Below are positions 18,688 to 27,670 of a DNA stretch of 64,000 bases, piece after piece. Numbering within the stretch: position 1 is the first letter of the stretch; each line of letters opens with the position of its first letter. The stretch comes from Minisyncoccota bacterium. GTDB lineage: Bacteria; Patescibacteriota; Minisyncoccia; Phycocordibacterales; Phycocordibacteraceae. Location of the stretch: positions 3,946-67,945 of the forward strand of contig JBAYHD010000004.1 of NCBI GenBank assembly GCA_041666305.1, in the 5' to 3' direction. The notes beneath the pieces were generated by a model. The model searched no databases. It saw only the letters and a list, made by a program, of their open reading frames with translations, and had not been told where the DNA came from. A program made the position numbers and the translations under genes.

Positions 18688-19391
18688 ATGTTGGAGGGAT
18701 ATACGAGAGGGTATAATTTCTTTGCAAGCTCCAGGTCTTCATAGGTATCGATATCAGCCCCCCTTTCAAAGGGGAGAACATATTTCGTAAGGTCTTTTCC
18801 ATAAAACTTATTTTCTACAAGAAAATTCGCGATTTTTATCCACCGTATGGCTCCGCTGGGGCAATATATATCCTTCGGCAACAGCTTGGAATCAACTACA
18901 TATTTTTTGCCAAAAAAGAAATCCAGTTTCCCCTCTTGTTCCTGAAGTGCCCAAAAAGGATACAGCCACTCATACCTCAATACGCTCATTAAGCAGTTGG
19001 CTCCCGATTCAATGACCCGTGCATGCGACGCAGTGACATCCTCGCTCGTTCGCAGCGGACAATTAGGCATCAGGAGACAAAGATTTTCGAATGTCGTCTG
19101 CCCCACTTCTCGCAATACGTGCTGGGTAACCTCCTCCAAGGAAGCGGTGTCCCCCGAAAATTCTGCGGGACGGCGCACCGTCTTAACCCCATACGAAGAA
19201 GCTACGTGGAGTATTTCCTCAGAATCTGAGCTTACATATATGTGTGCGCCGAAAAGACCCGAATGTTGTGCCGCCTCAATGGTATACGCCAGCATGGGCT
19301 TGCCGTGGAAATCAACGATGTTTTTTTTAGGGATCCGTTTAGAACCTCCTCGAGCCGGGATGAGGCATATATTTTTTGTGGTGTCCGGCAT
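18684..19391 (-). CDS. CMP-nonulosonic acid synthetase (acylneuraminate cytidylyltransferase family, PseF/NeuA-like)
   Basis: N-terminal IPARGGSKRIPKKN, the hallmark of the CMP-NeuAc/CMP-Pse synthetase family. Confidence 0.8.
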   Translation of the reverse strand: MPDTTKNICLIPARGGSKRIPKKNIVDFHGKPMLAYTIEAAQHSGLFGAHIYVSSDSEEILHVASSYGVKTVRRPAEFSGDTASLEEVTQHVLREVGQTTFENLCLLMPNCPLRTSEDVTASHARVIESGANCLMSVLRYEWLYPFWALQEQEGKLDFFFGKKYVVDSKLLPKDIYCPSGAIRWIKIANFLVENKFYGKDLTKYVLPFERGADIDTYEDLELAKKLYPLVYPSNI

Positions 19392-19394
19392 AGA

Positions 19395-20348
19395 TCAGTG
19401 TGCAACGTACTTCGTGCTGTAAGCCTTTCGTGCCCCCGGATATTTCCGTAATGCTGGCTTCCCGGGCCATCCGGAATCCAGCGACAGGATGATGAACATC
19501 TGTTTTGTTTCGAGCGTATGATCCATCTCCCCGGCGGTCAACAAACCTTCATGCAGTTTTTCTCCGGGCCGGAGACCTATGAAACTGAGTTTGACTTTCT
19601 TCCCATTCGCATATTTCTTCACTGTTTCCTCCGCAAAGGCAACGATCGAATGTTCTTTCATTTTTAGCACGAAAATCTCTCCTCCCTTCATAAGGCGCGC
19701 GGCATCAAAGGTAAGACGGACCGCCTCGGGAATTTCCATGAAGAAGCGAAATGCTCGGCGATCAGTGATGGTCACCGGATCCCCCACTTCTATCTGCTTG
19801 CGCCAGAGATGGACCACTGAGCCTCGGGAATGCAGAACATTCCCAAAGCGCACGCAAGAAAACCTCGTACGCCCCATGCCGATGGTACCGTTCGCAGCTA
19901 TGATGAGGCGCTCCATCATGAGTTTGCTTGCACCTAATACAGACTCGGGACTAACTGCTTTATCGGTTGAGATGGCAATAACTTTTTCGAGATTGTGTCT
20001 GAGACTCACATCTATGACATTTTGCGTGCCAACCACATTCGTCTTCACGGCTTCAAAGGGATTATATTCACAGACCGGCACATGCTTCAGTGCCGCGGCA
20101 TGAAAACATATGTCAACATCCTTGAAAGCAAAATCGAGACGATCTTTGTCACGTACGTCGCCGATAAGATAGCGGAGACGCATATCCTCGCCAAGCTCTT
20201 GCCGCAGCTCATATTGTTTGTGTTCATCCCGACTGTAAATGCGTATTTGAGCGACATTGGTCATACGCAATTGCCGAACTATTTCGGAGCCGATGGAGCC
20301 CGTGCCGCCGGTGACCAATATTATTTTCCCGTCAAATATTCCTTTCAT
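19395..20348 (-). CDS. pseB: UDP-GlcNAc inverting 4,6-dehydratase (PseB/FlaA1/CapD family)
   Basis: Collinear with PseB: ILVTGGTGSIGSEIV, YSRDEHKQYEL, IGDVRDKDRL, HAAALKHVPVCEYNP, TNVVGTQNVI, ISTDKAV.P.SV.GASK, FGNVLHSRGSVV. Confidence 0.88.
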   Translation of the reverse strand: MKGIFDGKIILVTGGTGSIGSEIVRQLRMTNVAQIRIYSRDEHKQYELRQELGEDMRLRYLIGDVRDKDRLDFAFKDVDICFHAAALKHVPVCEYNPFEAVKTNVVGTQNVIDVSLRHNLEKVIAISTDKAVSPESVLGASKLMMERLIIAANGTIGMGRTRFSCVRFGNVLHSRGSVVHLWRKQIEVGDPVTITDRRAFRFFMEIPEAVRLTFDAARLMKGGEIFVLKMKEHSIVAFAEETVKKYANGKKVKLSFIGLRPGEKLHEGLLTAGEMDHTLETKQMFIILSLDSGWPGKPALRKYPGARKAYSTKYVAH

Positions 20349-21535
20349 ATTGTAGGGGCCTTATTGTTGTCGGTAAATTTCCTGAACACGGCGATGACGC
20401 GGTCCATATCTTTTTTCGGTATATGCGAATACAACGGCAAGGATAGCACACGCTCTGCCACATCATCGGTCACCGGAAGCAGTGTTCTTTTTTTTGCGAA
20501 CTGCCGATAGGCGGTCTGTCGATGGAGCGGCGGGTAGAAATACTTCCGTGTGGCAATATGGTGCTCTGCAAAAAAATCAAAGAGTTGGTCACGCGTATAA
20601 CCAAGCGTATCCGAATCAATGTAGACAGAGAGTATGTAATAGGTGGTCGTACTGCCGCGCGGGATTACCTGGAACCGTAGTCCGGGTTCAATTTCTGTAA
20701 GTTTGGATATCATATAGGCAGCCTTTGCGCGCCGATTTCCAAGATTTGTAGGAAGTTTCGCGAATGACCGAAGCCCGATGGCCGCATGAAGCTCCGACAT
20801 GCGCGCACTGAGCCCCACGAAGAGAGTATTGTTCGTTCCATCATCACCGTAGTTGCGCCCCAAGCGGACGAATTGCGCCAGTTCGTCGTTATTCGTAGCA
20901 ACGATGCCGCCTTCCCCGGCCGTCAATAATTTTATGGGACTGCAACTGAACACCTCTGCATCGCCAAAACTGCCCGCATGCCGTTTTCCATAGGTCGAGC
21001 CAAATGCATGCGCCGCATCAAAAATAAGTTTCAACGTATACTTCTTCGCTAAAGCTTCCAATTTCTTTACATCACATACGGCACCAAACACATGTGTGGC
21101 AAGTATCGCCGATGTTTTCGGCGTAATGAGCTTCTGTACGGATTTCGGATCGATTGTGTAGGTCCGAGGATTGATGTCGGCAAATACCGGCGTAAGACCG
21201 TTCCAGATGAGCGCATGGCCGGACGCCGAAAAAGTAAAACTCGGTATGATAACTTCCCCACGAAGCCCAAGACCTTTGAGCGCGAGCATGAGGCCAGAGG
21301 TACACGAGGAAACCGCAACACAGTGTTTTACGCCGAGATATCGGGCGGTCTTTTTTTCAAACTCGCGTACATGCACATGTGTCGTAAGCATACCGCTCGT
21401 CATAGTCTTTCTGAAAAGTGGGACGTAGGCAGAAAATGCCTCAAGCGTAGGCCGGGTCACGGGGATATACTTCGCAGACCGCGAAGGGGTCTTCGGGGGT
21501 GATTTTTTCATCTTTTCACTCATAGTATTAAACAA
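20345..21535 (-). CDS. pseC: DegT/DnrJ/EryC1/StrS-family PLP-dependent sugar aminotransferase (PseC-like by context)
   Basis: GEVIIPSFTFSASGHALIWNGLTPVFADI, ILATHVFGAVCDV, IFDAAHAFGSTY, FSCSPIKLLTAGEGG. A 4-nt overlap with pseB. Confidence 0.85.
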   Translation of the reverse strand: MFNTMSEKMKKSPPKTPSRSAKYIPVTRPTLEAFSAYVPLFRKTMTSGMLTTHVHVREFEKKTARYLGVKHCVAVSSCTSGLMLALKGLGLRGEVIIPSFTFSASGHALIWNGLTPVFADINPRTYTIDPKSVQKLITPKTSAILATHVFGAVCDVKKLEALAKKYTLKLIFDAAHAFGSTYGKRHAGSFGDAEVFSCSPIKLLTAGEGGIVATNNDELAQFVRLGRNYGDDGTNNTLFVGLSARMSELHAAIGLRSFAKLPTNLGNRRAKAAYMISKLTEIEPGLRFQVIPRGSTTTYYILSVYIDSDTLGYTRDQLFDFFAEHHIATRKYFYPPLHRQTAYRQFAKKRTLLPVTDDVAERVLSLPLYSHIPKKDMDRVIAVFRKFTDNNKAPTI

Positions 21536-21603
21536 AACCTAGACCGTCAAAGTTACCAAAAATAAAATTTTGCCGAGACAAACCGCGGCCCAATCCTAAC
21601 CGC

Positions 21604-22290
21604 CTAGTGCGATTTTGGCACGAAAAATCTACCCAAATCGTCGACTATTGTATCTTTGATCGTTGCTCCGCCGTAACATGTTTCTGCAGCGACAGAGCAC
21701 ACGGTCACTTTTGACTGCAATCCTTCGAAGACCTTGAATGCATCACGCAAAACACGAGGCGCGTGATTGGCAGAACTGACGGCATAGAACATGACCGAAT
21801 TCGTGTTGTATGTATCAGCGATAATGTTCCGTGCCGCGACGAGCCCATCTTGTGTAAACTGGCTCTTGGTGTCACATATCGATCTACTTTCAAGCCATTG
21901 TTTATAGACCGTTTCGTCCGCCCACATAGCATCATTGAATCGGTGCGGAAAATCTCGCTTGAGAGCGGAGAATGACTTCAAAGCCATATCAAGAAAGAAT
22001 TCAGATTCATACAACCCGTCTTTGATTCGGCTCGAGCCACTTGACCAAATGATACGGTCTGCGGCGATGTGCTGTGCGAGCCAAATGGTCATCGGCAACC
22101 GGCCTAATGCTCCCGTCTCTTTGTCGCCCCAGCACACAAGTGGTAGATCCTGGTGTGTTCCTTCAGACCCGATGTACTGAATGGTGTTTCGAGGAATATT
22201 CGGGTCTTCTGCGAGAGAGTACCCCAGGAAAAAAACAACATTTTTAGTGTCTCGATGATGAGCGCTATTGATAAGATTCCGGTCAGCCAT
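21604..22290 (-). CDS. Hypothetical protein (228 aa), no confident family assignment
   Basis: ORF with codon usage like its neighbours. It occupies the position where a PseG-type hydrolase would be expected but shows no GT-B motifs. Confidence 0.4.
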   Translation of the reverse strand: MADRNLINSAHHRDTKNVVFFLGYSLAEDPNIPRNTIQYIGSEGTHQDLPLVCWGDKETGALGRLPMTIWLAQHIAADRIIWSSGSSRIKDGLYESEFFLDMALKSFSALKRDFPHRFNDAMWADETVYKQWLESRSICDTKSQFTQDGLVAARNIIADTYNTNSVMFYAVSSANHAPRVLRDAFKVFEGLQSKVTVCSVAAETCYGGATIKDTIVDDLGRFFVPKSH

Positions 22291-22385
22291 AATGGATGGA
22301 TGAGATTATACACTACTGATTCAGGTATCCGTTCTGATAGGATCCCTTTAGAACCCTTACGGAAATTTGACAGGCAAAGAAATAG

Positions 22386-22856
22386 GTGATTAAATACAGG
22401 CAGACAGGAATTGCAATCAATGAAGACCTTTACAAGGAGAACACCATGACCAGCCGTTTTAAAAATCGACCGCCGTTGCCAAAGCTTGTGCACGGTCAGC
22501 CGACAGAGTGGCACTGGGTCGTGTACCACCCGAAAAATCTGGTTCTCAGCGATGAAACCGATATCGGGTGCTTCACTTCCATCCATGCTCAACATGGCGT
22601 CGTGATTGAGGACGAAGTGCAGATCGGTTCGCACTGCTCCATCTACTCAATGTCCAGCATCAGTGTGAGCGGAGAACCCGTTGTCGGCAAGGTAACCATC
22701 AAAAAAGGCGCCAGCGTCGGGTCTCACTCAACCGTGATGCCCGGTGTCACCATCGGCGAGGGAGCTGTCGTCGGTGCGCACAGTCTCGTCCTTACGGACA
22801 TTCCGGCGCATTGCATCGCGTACGGCGTGCCTGCAAAGGTGGTCAAGCAACTCTAG
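22386..22856 (+). CDS. Left-handed beta-helix (hexapeptide-repeat) sugar N-acetyltransferase (PglD/NeuD-like); likely start 22446 with AGGAG 8 nt upstream
   Basis: Hexapeptide repeats VQIGSHCSIYS, VGKVTIKKGASVGSHSTVMPGVTIGEGAVVGAHSLV. Confidence 0.8.
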   Translation: MIKYRQTGIAINEDLYKENTMTSRFKNRPPLPKLVHGQPTEWHWVVYHPKNLVLSDETDIGCFTSIHAQHGVVIEDEVQIGSHCSIYSMSSISVSGEPVVGKVTIKKGASVGSHSTVMPGVTIGEGAVVGAHSLVLTDIPAHCIAYGVPAKVVKQL

Positions 22857-22881
22857 ATCTCACGTCTAGGCGCGAGACCAA

Positions 22882-22909
22882 CCCCCGGTATGCCGGGGGT
22901 TTCCTTTTT
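22882..22909 (+). terminator. Rho-independent terminator (CCCCCGGTATGCCGGGGG stem, then TTTCCTTTTT)
   Basis: 7-bp GC stem plus T-run, immediately after the stop of the acetyltransferase gene. Confidence 0.7.
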
Positions 22910-22920
22910 ACGTGGGCAGT

Positions 22921-23976
22921 TCAAAAATCCTTTCCTTCTATGATCTGGTCCTTTCCTATGTTTCGGCGCGCCGTCTTTCCGATAATATACTCCATTGCTT
23001 CCGGAGGCAGACCGGTTCCAGGGCGCTTAACATCCAAATCTTTTTCTGTAATGATCTCTCCTTGCTTGATATCTTTGGCCGCTACGACGCTTCTGCGAAA
23101 CGCGTCCTTTCGCTCCTGACTCTCCTGACTCACGATCCGTGTACTGCCGAGCGCTTTATGAATTCTTTTACTCTCGGTGCACATGATCCTCAAATCAGCC
23201 TCGTCAGCGGAGACCTTGTGGTCCCACCCGACCATCGTCTTATCGAGAGTAAAATGTTTTTCAATAACGCATGCCCCGAGTGCCACCGAAGCCAAAGGTA
23301 TGGAATAACCGATGGTATGGTCCGAGAAACCGACCGGATACGGATAGAGCTTCTGATAGGTCGGTATATTGTTCAAATTAACTTGGCGGTCCTCGGGCGG
23401 ATAGATGGAGATACAGTGGAGAATGACTATCTGGGTGTTCCCTTCCGCTTCAATGACCGAAATCGCCTTATCGATCTCGCTCAGAGTACTGAGACCCGTG
23501 GACATGACAATGGGCTTGCCCTTTCTTGCAATATATTTCAAAAACGGATAATTATTCGCGTCCATTGACGCCACTTTGATGAAAGGAGCGTGGAGCTTGT
23601 CGACCAAGAAATCAACTTCCTTTTTTGAGAACGGCGTCGATATCATATCGATGCCTACCTCATCCGCTATTTTCTTCATCTCTAAGAGCTCGGACTCGGA
23701 GATGGAAAACTTTTCTACGATCTTCTCCAGGGTGTAATCCTTCCTGTTGCGATAATCGTCCTTTAGGAAAAAATTGTCGTCATACACTTTCTTTGAAAAG
23801 ATGGAATCTTTTGACCAACTTTGAAATTTCACACAATCGGCGCCGGCCGCCCCCGCGGCGCGGATCATATTTTCCGCCAGCTTCATATCTCCATTGTGAT
23901 TTGAACCGAGCTCGGCAATGATATATGGCTCGCAAAAATTGAACACCTCTCTTGTATCGGTAAGGTTAACTTTCAT
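22921..23976 (-). CDS. Nonulosonic acid synthase (NeuB/PseI/LegI family) with C-terminal SAF domain
   Basis: IIAELGSNHNGDMKLAENMIRAAGAAGADCVKFQ, VGFSDHTIG, VIEKHFTLDK. C-terminal SAF: AKDIKQGEIITEKDLDVKRPGTGL. Confidence 0.9.
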   Translation of the reverse strand: MKVNLTDTREVFNFCEPYIIAELGSNHNGDMKLAENMIRAAGAAGADCVKFQSWSKDSIFSKKVYDDNFFLKDDYRNRKDYTLEKIVEKFSISESELLEMKKIADEVGIDMISTPFSKKEVDFLVDKLHAPFIKVASMDANNYPFLKYIARKGKPIVMSTGLSTLSEIDKAISVIEAEGNTQIVILHCISIYPPEDRQVNLNNIPTYQKLYPYPVGFSDHTIGYSIPLASVALGACVIEKHFTLDKTMVGWDHKVSADEADLRIMCTESKRIHKALGSTRIVSQESQERKDAFRRSVVAAKDIKQGEIITEKDLDVKRPGTGLPPEAMEYIIGKTARRNIGKDQIIEGKDF

Positions 23977-24063
23977 AGGTTAGTATCGTAGCGCGAGTGT
24001 CGTCATTAGTATAACTGCGTATTGGACAAAAAAGAAACACCTCCAAAACTGGCACCAGAAAAT

Positions 24064-25059
24064 CTATCTCTTGTGCGAGTCTGCTACTTTTTTTGCGACG
24101 ACCCACATACTGGAAGAGAGATTGTTCGAAGAAAGAAATTCTTGGAATGGTTTCCCTAACCTCTCCCATTCCCCGATCAAAACTCGTTTTAAGAATGGGT
24201 CGGCAAGTTCGAATGTACCATCGAGAACCTCTCGACGAACAAGTTCTGCGTCTAATTTGCCCGGTGTGGTAATCTCAACAATCTCAAATCCACATCGTTC
24301 AAATAATATTTGAATAGAATGCGGATTGAAATAGTTGATATGTTCGTGATCAACATTTGAACTTACTGTTCCAAGAAGTTCGATATCAAATCCTTTTCCG
24401 TTCGGGCACGTAAGTATCATAAGCCCGCCCGGCCGTAAGAATCTATTGCAATTTTTCAGGAAGTCATACGGGGAAAACAAATGCTCAATGACCTCAAAAT
24501 TCGCCACCACATCAAATAGCTCGTCCATCTGCACCTTTTCGATGGCACTCTCTATCGTTTCGATGCCTTTGTCCCGACAAACTTGTGCGAGAGCGGGAAC
24601 GGGTTCTACGGCCACTATTCTTTTAAAGACATTCCGGGACATAAGCTCCTCGCAAAAAGTTCCGTAGGCCGCACCGACTTCAAGAAGAGAAGCTTGTCCG
24701 CGAGTGCAAACGGAAAGTAATTTGTCTACCCTGGGCTTAAACATCATCTCTCTCCGAGCGGCATCAGAACTCGGGAATATATTTTCAGCCCAGTACGTAT
24801 ACAGCTTAGATATTCGATAAAATTCGTTCAACAGCGCTTCCGAGGGCCGAGGATTTACATACATCGTCGTACACACGTTGCAATCGACATACGTAATCCC
24901 CAACTTACTGTATTTGTATGTGCAATCATCTGCACCACACGCAGGGCACGGCACCGTGACAAATTGATCCTTTCTTTCTACCAAATATGCCGCATCCTGC
25001 AGACTAGCTTTTTTGGCATCTTTTTCGAATATTGCAGGACGTATGTCGTTTACCTTCAT
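24064..25059 (-). CDS. Class I SAM-dependent methyltransferase with N-terminal Cys4 zinc ribbon
   Basis: CPACG...C.VC zinc ribbon; LLEVGAAYGTFCEEL (motif I); VVANFEVIEHLFSP; PGGLMILTCPN. Confidence 0.75.
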   Translation of the reverse strand: MKVNDIRPAIFEKDAKKASLQDAAYLVERKDQFVTVPCPACGADDCTYKYSKLGITYVDCNVCTTMYVNPRPSEALLNEFYRISKLYTYWAENIFPSSDAARREMMFKPRVDKLLSVCTRGQASLLEVGAAYGTFCEELMSRNVFKRIVAVEPVPALAQVCRDKGIETIESAIEKVQMDELFDVVANFEVIEHLFSPYDFLKNCNRFLRPGGLMILTCPNGKGFDIELLGTVSSNVDHEHINYFNPHSIQILFERCGFEIVEITTPGKLDAELVRREVLDGTFELADPFLKRVLIGEWERLGKPFQEFLSSNNLSSSMWVVAKKVADSHKR

Positions 25060-25997
25060 AATGCCTCATTGACTGCTTCTTCAATAATGTAGTGCGGACG
25101 CGCTTTCGCCTCATCAAAGATAACCCCTATGTACTCGCCAAGGATACCTAAAAAGATGAGCTGGGTACCGCTGAATATTGAAAGGAGGACGGTGACGGTC
25201 GCCCATCCGGCAGGAAAGACGTTGCCGATGAAATATTGAACGGTCGTGAGAAGCGCAAAAAAGAACCCGAACAACGCGAAGGCGAACCCCACAAAGGTCG
25301 CGAGGCGGAGCGGTTTCTTGCTGAAAGAAACCGCCCCCAGTACCGCGAACCCGACGAGCTTACTGAACGAGTAGTGACTTTCCCCGGCAAAACGCCGTTT
25401 TGCGGTGAAAAAAACGGGAACCTGACGAAAACCGACCCAACTCACCAGTCCACGAAGGAACAGTGTCCGCTCACGAAGATCGTTTTTCAGAACATCGACA
25501 ACGCGCCGAGACATCAAGCGGAAATCCGCGACATTCTCGTTCATCGGCAGATCAGATATGAATTGGAAGAACCGATAGAACATGCGGCCGGCGAACCGGC
25601 GAACCACAGACCCCCCTTCAGTGCCCGTGCGCACGGTGTAGACAATATCGTTCCCTTTTTCGTATTCGGCGAGGAGTTCGGGGATAACTTCAGGTGGATG
25701 TTGGAGGTCAGAATCCATTGTGATGACGATATCCCCTATCGCGTGGTCGAGCCCCGCAAGGAGCGCCATCTGATGTCCGAAATTCCTGGAGAACTTTATG
25801 ATACGAACGTCCGGATCGCGTTTCGCGAGCGTTTTCAACAGGTCGAATGTTCCGTCGCTCCCTCCATCAACGACGAAAAGGACATCCGTTGCATAGCGGC
25901 CCGACAGCTTCATAAGCTCTGCTTTCAGAGCTTCATAGAAGGTTGTGATGCCCTCCACTTCGTTATACGCGGGGCAGACGACGGTGAGCCGTTTCAT
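25056..25997 (-). CDS. GT2 polyprenyl-phosphate glycosyltransferase (DPM1/ArnC/GtrB-like) with C-terminal TM helices
   Basis: LTVVCPAYNEVEGI, VLFVVDGGSDGT, ITMDSDLQHPPE; two C-terminal TM helices. Confidence 0.85.
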   Translation of the reverse strand: MKRLTVVCPAYNEVEGITTFYEALKAELMKLSGRYATDVLFVVDGGSDGTFDLLKTLAKRDPDVRIIKFSRNFGHQMALLAGLDHAIGDIVITMDSDLQHPPEVIPELLAEYEKGNDIVYTVRTGTEGGSVVRRFAGRMFYRFFQFISDLPMNENVADFRLMSRRVVDVLKNDLRERTLFLRGLVSWVGFRQVPVFFTAKRRFAGESHYSFSKLVGFAVLGAVSFSKKPLRLATFVGFAFALFGFFFALLTTVQYFIGNVFPAGWATVTVLLSIFSGTQLIFLGILGEYIGVIFDEAKARPHYIIEEAVNEAL

Positions 25998-26019
25998 GGG
26001 AATGTGAGGAAATGATACC

Positions 26020-26982
26020 TCATAACTCTAAATATTTCCGCACCGCTTTCTCAAGAGGAATCTTTGCATGCCATGCCAGGAGACGTTCCGCCTTTTCGGA
26101 AACGCCGACTGACTGACGTTTTTTGCGGGACAGATTTTTCAGAATATACGGCAGATGAAGCGCCTTACTAAAAAGCTCCACGACGTCACGGATCGGTGTT
26201 CCATGACCTGAACATATATTGACAAGCTCGTACTCGCCGTCTGCCTTCGCGGTGAGCGCCGCGAGAATTGCCTCAAGTACATCTTCCATCGCCACGAAAT
26301 CGCGTACGTCCTTTGCGCTGCTCACTTCTATCACTCTCGGGGGTCTTTTTTTGAACTGGTCCGTAAGTGCTGTGAAAATATTTGGCCGATCAGAAACAAA
26401 TCCTTCTATAGGCCGACGCGTCACAAATCCCATCACATTGAAGATGCGAAGGTTGAATGTCTTTACTTTGTGTGTCCGTGCGAACGCTTCGACAAGAATG
26501 CTCTGTGCAAGTTTGCTCTGTCCGTACGCACCTTCGGGATGACCTTTTGAATTTTCGCGGAACGGGCGCGAGGAAAAGCCATACTCGGAAGCCGAACCGA
26601 TATTCACGAAACGAGTGAGCTTCTTCATACGGGACAACGTAGCGAGGAGCGTGGCGGTCCCGGTGACATTTGCCGCGTGATAGGCAGCCTTGGAGGGAGC
26701 CTTATTTCTTACGAGTGAGTGGGGGGTGATACCTCCGAAGTGGACAACGGCCGTAATGTCGCGCGCAATCGATTTCGGATGCGCTCGATCATATGGTACA
26801 TACGGAATGCCTCGTTTCTTAAGGACCTCAACGAACGCACTTCCCAGTACGCCGTGGCTCCCGGTCACCAAGACCTTCATGGCTCTTTCAGCCTTTTTTG
26901 CCATCATACGGGGCATTCTACAGGATGCGCGTTCAGAAACAATGAAGCGTATCCGCTCGCTTTTATTTCTTTCTGACCGCAA
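26020..26982 (-). CDS. NAD-dependent sugar epimerase/dehydratase (extended SDR); likely start 26880 (MKVLVTGSHG)
   Basis: VLVTGSHGVLGSAFV Rossmann motif; YGQSK catalytic YxxxK. Confidence 0.8.
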   Translation of the reverse strand: MRSERNKSERIRFIVSERASCRMPRMMAKKAERAMKVLVTGSHGVLGSAFVEVLKKRGIPYVPYDRAHPKSIARDITAVVHFGGITPHSLVRNKAPSKAAYHAANVTGTATLLATLSRMKKLTRFVNIGSASEYGFSSRPFRENSKGHPEGAYGQSKLAQSILVEAFARTHKVKTFNLRIFNVMGFVTRRPIEGFVSDRPNIFTALTDQFKKRPPRVIEVSSAKDVRDFVAMEDVLEAILAALTAKADGEYELVNICSGHGTPIRDVVELFSKALHLPYILKNLSRKKRQSVGVSEKAERLLAWHAKIPLEKAVRKYLEL

Positions 26983-27667
26983 CTGCGATCAGACTTAAAC
27001 CAAACGGCAACGATACGACACGGGTCATAAACGCTTCTAGACGTATGAGTTGCAAAAGAACGACATTGATAAAACTTCCCGGCGAAAGGCCGCTTTCTCC
27101 TGCAACACCGCACAATCGAGCAAGCGCCGCCACGGGGAAAAGCACTGCATTCCAGTATCCAATGACGCGAACCTCAAAACCGCTCTCCACAAGCTTCCGT
27201 CTCAGCTCGCGGGCGCGATACCGACGAAAATGCCGGTTGCGTTCGTCGTGTGCACTCCAGAGCCACTGGTAGGAGGGTACGGTGAGTACGAGCACCCCGT
27301 CCTCAGTAAGGGAATTACGCAAACGAGTGAGCATATCCCCGTCGTTCTCGATATGCTCCAGCACGTCAAAAAGTCCAATCATATCGTGTTTCTCCGTGAG
27401 CGCCTGCGTAACATCGGTGTATATATGCCGATACCCGCGATGTGCGAGCTCCTGCATCGCTTCACGGTCCGGTTCAAATGCATCGATGTCATCTGCATAC
27501 TTCTTGAGGAGCACACACATACCACCGTAGCCGGCGCCGAGGTCGAGCGCCGTATTCCGCTTCGGAGTATGGGCACGGCTGAGCGCAGAGCGCACGATAC
27601 TGATGCGCCCGCGATACCACCACGAATCCTCGGTGTCATGCATAAGCTTTAAAAGTGCGTGGTCCAT
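26963..27667 (-). CDS. Class I SAM-dependent methyltransferase (Methyltransf_11/23-like)
   Basis: ALDLGAGYGGMCVLL, IGLFDVLEHIEND, DGVLVLTVP. Confidence 0.78.
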   Translation of the reverse strand: MDHALLKLMHDTEDSWWYRGRISIVRSALSRAHTPKRNTALDLGAGYGGMCVLLKKYADDIDAFEPDREAMQELAHRGYRHIYTDVTQALTEKHDMIGLFDVLEHIENDGDMLTRLRNSLTEDGVLVLTVPSYQWLWSAHDERNRHFRRYRARELRRKLVESGFEVRVIGYWNAVLFPVAALARLCGVAGESGLSPGSFINVVLLQLIRLEAFMTRVVSLPFGLSLIAVAVRKK

Positions 27668-27670
27668 AGG

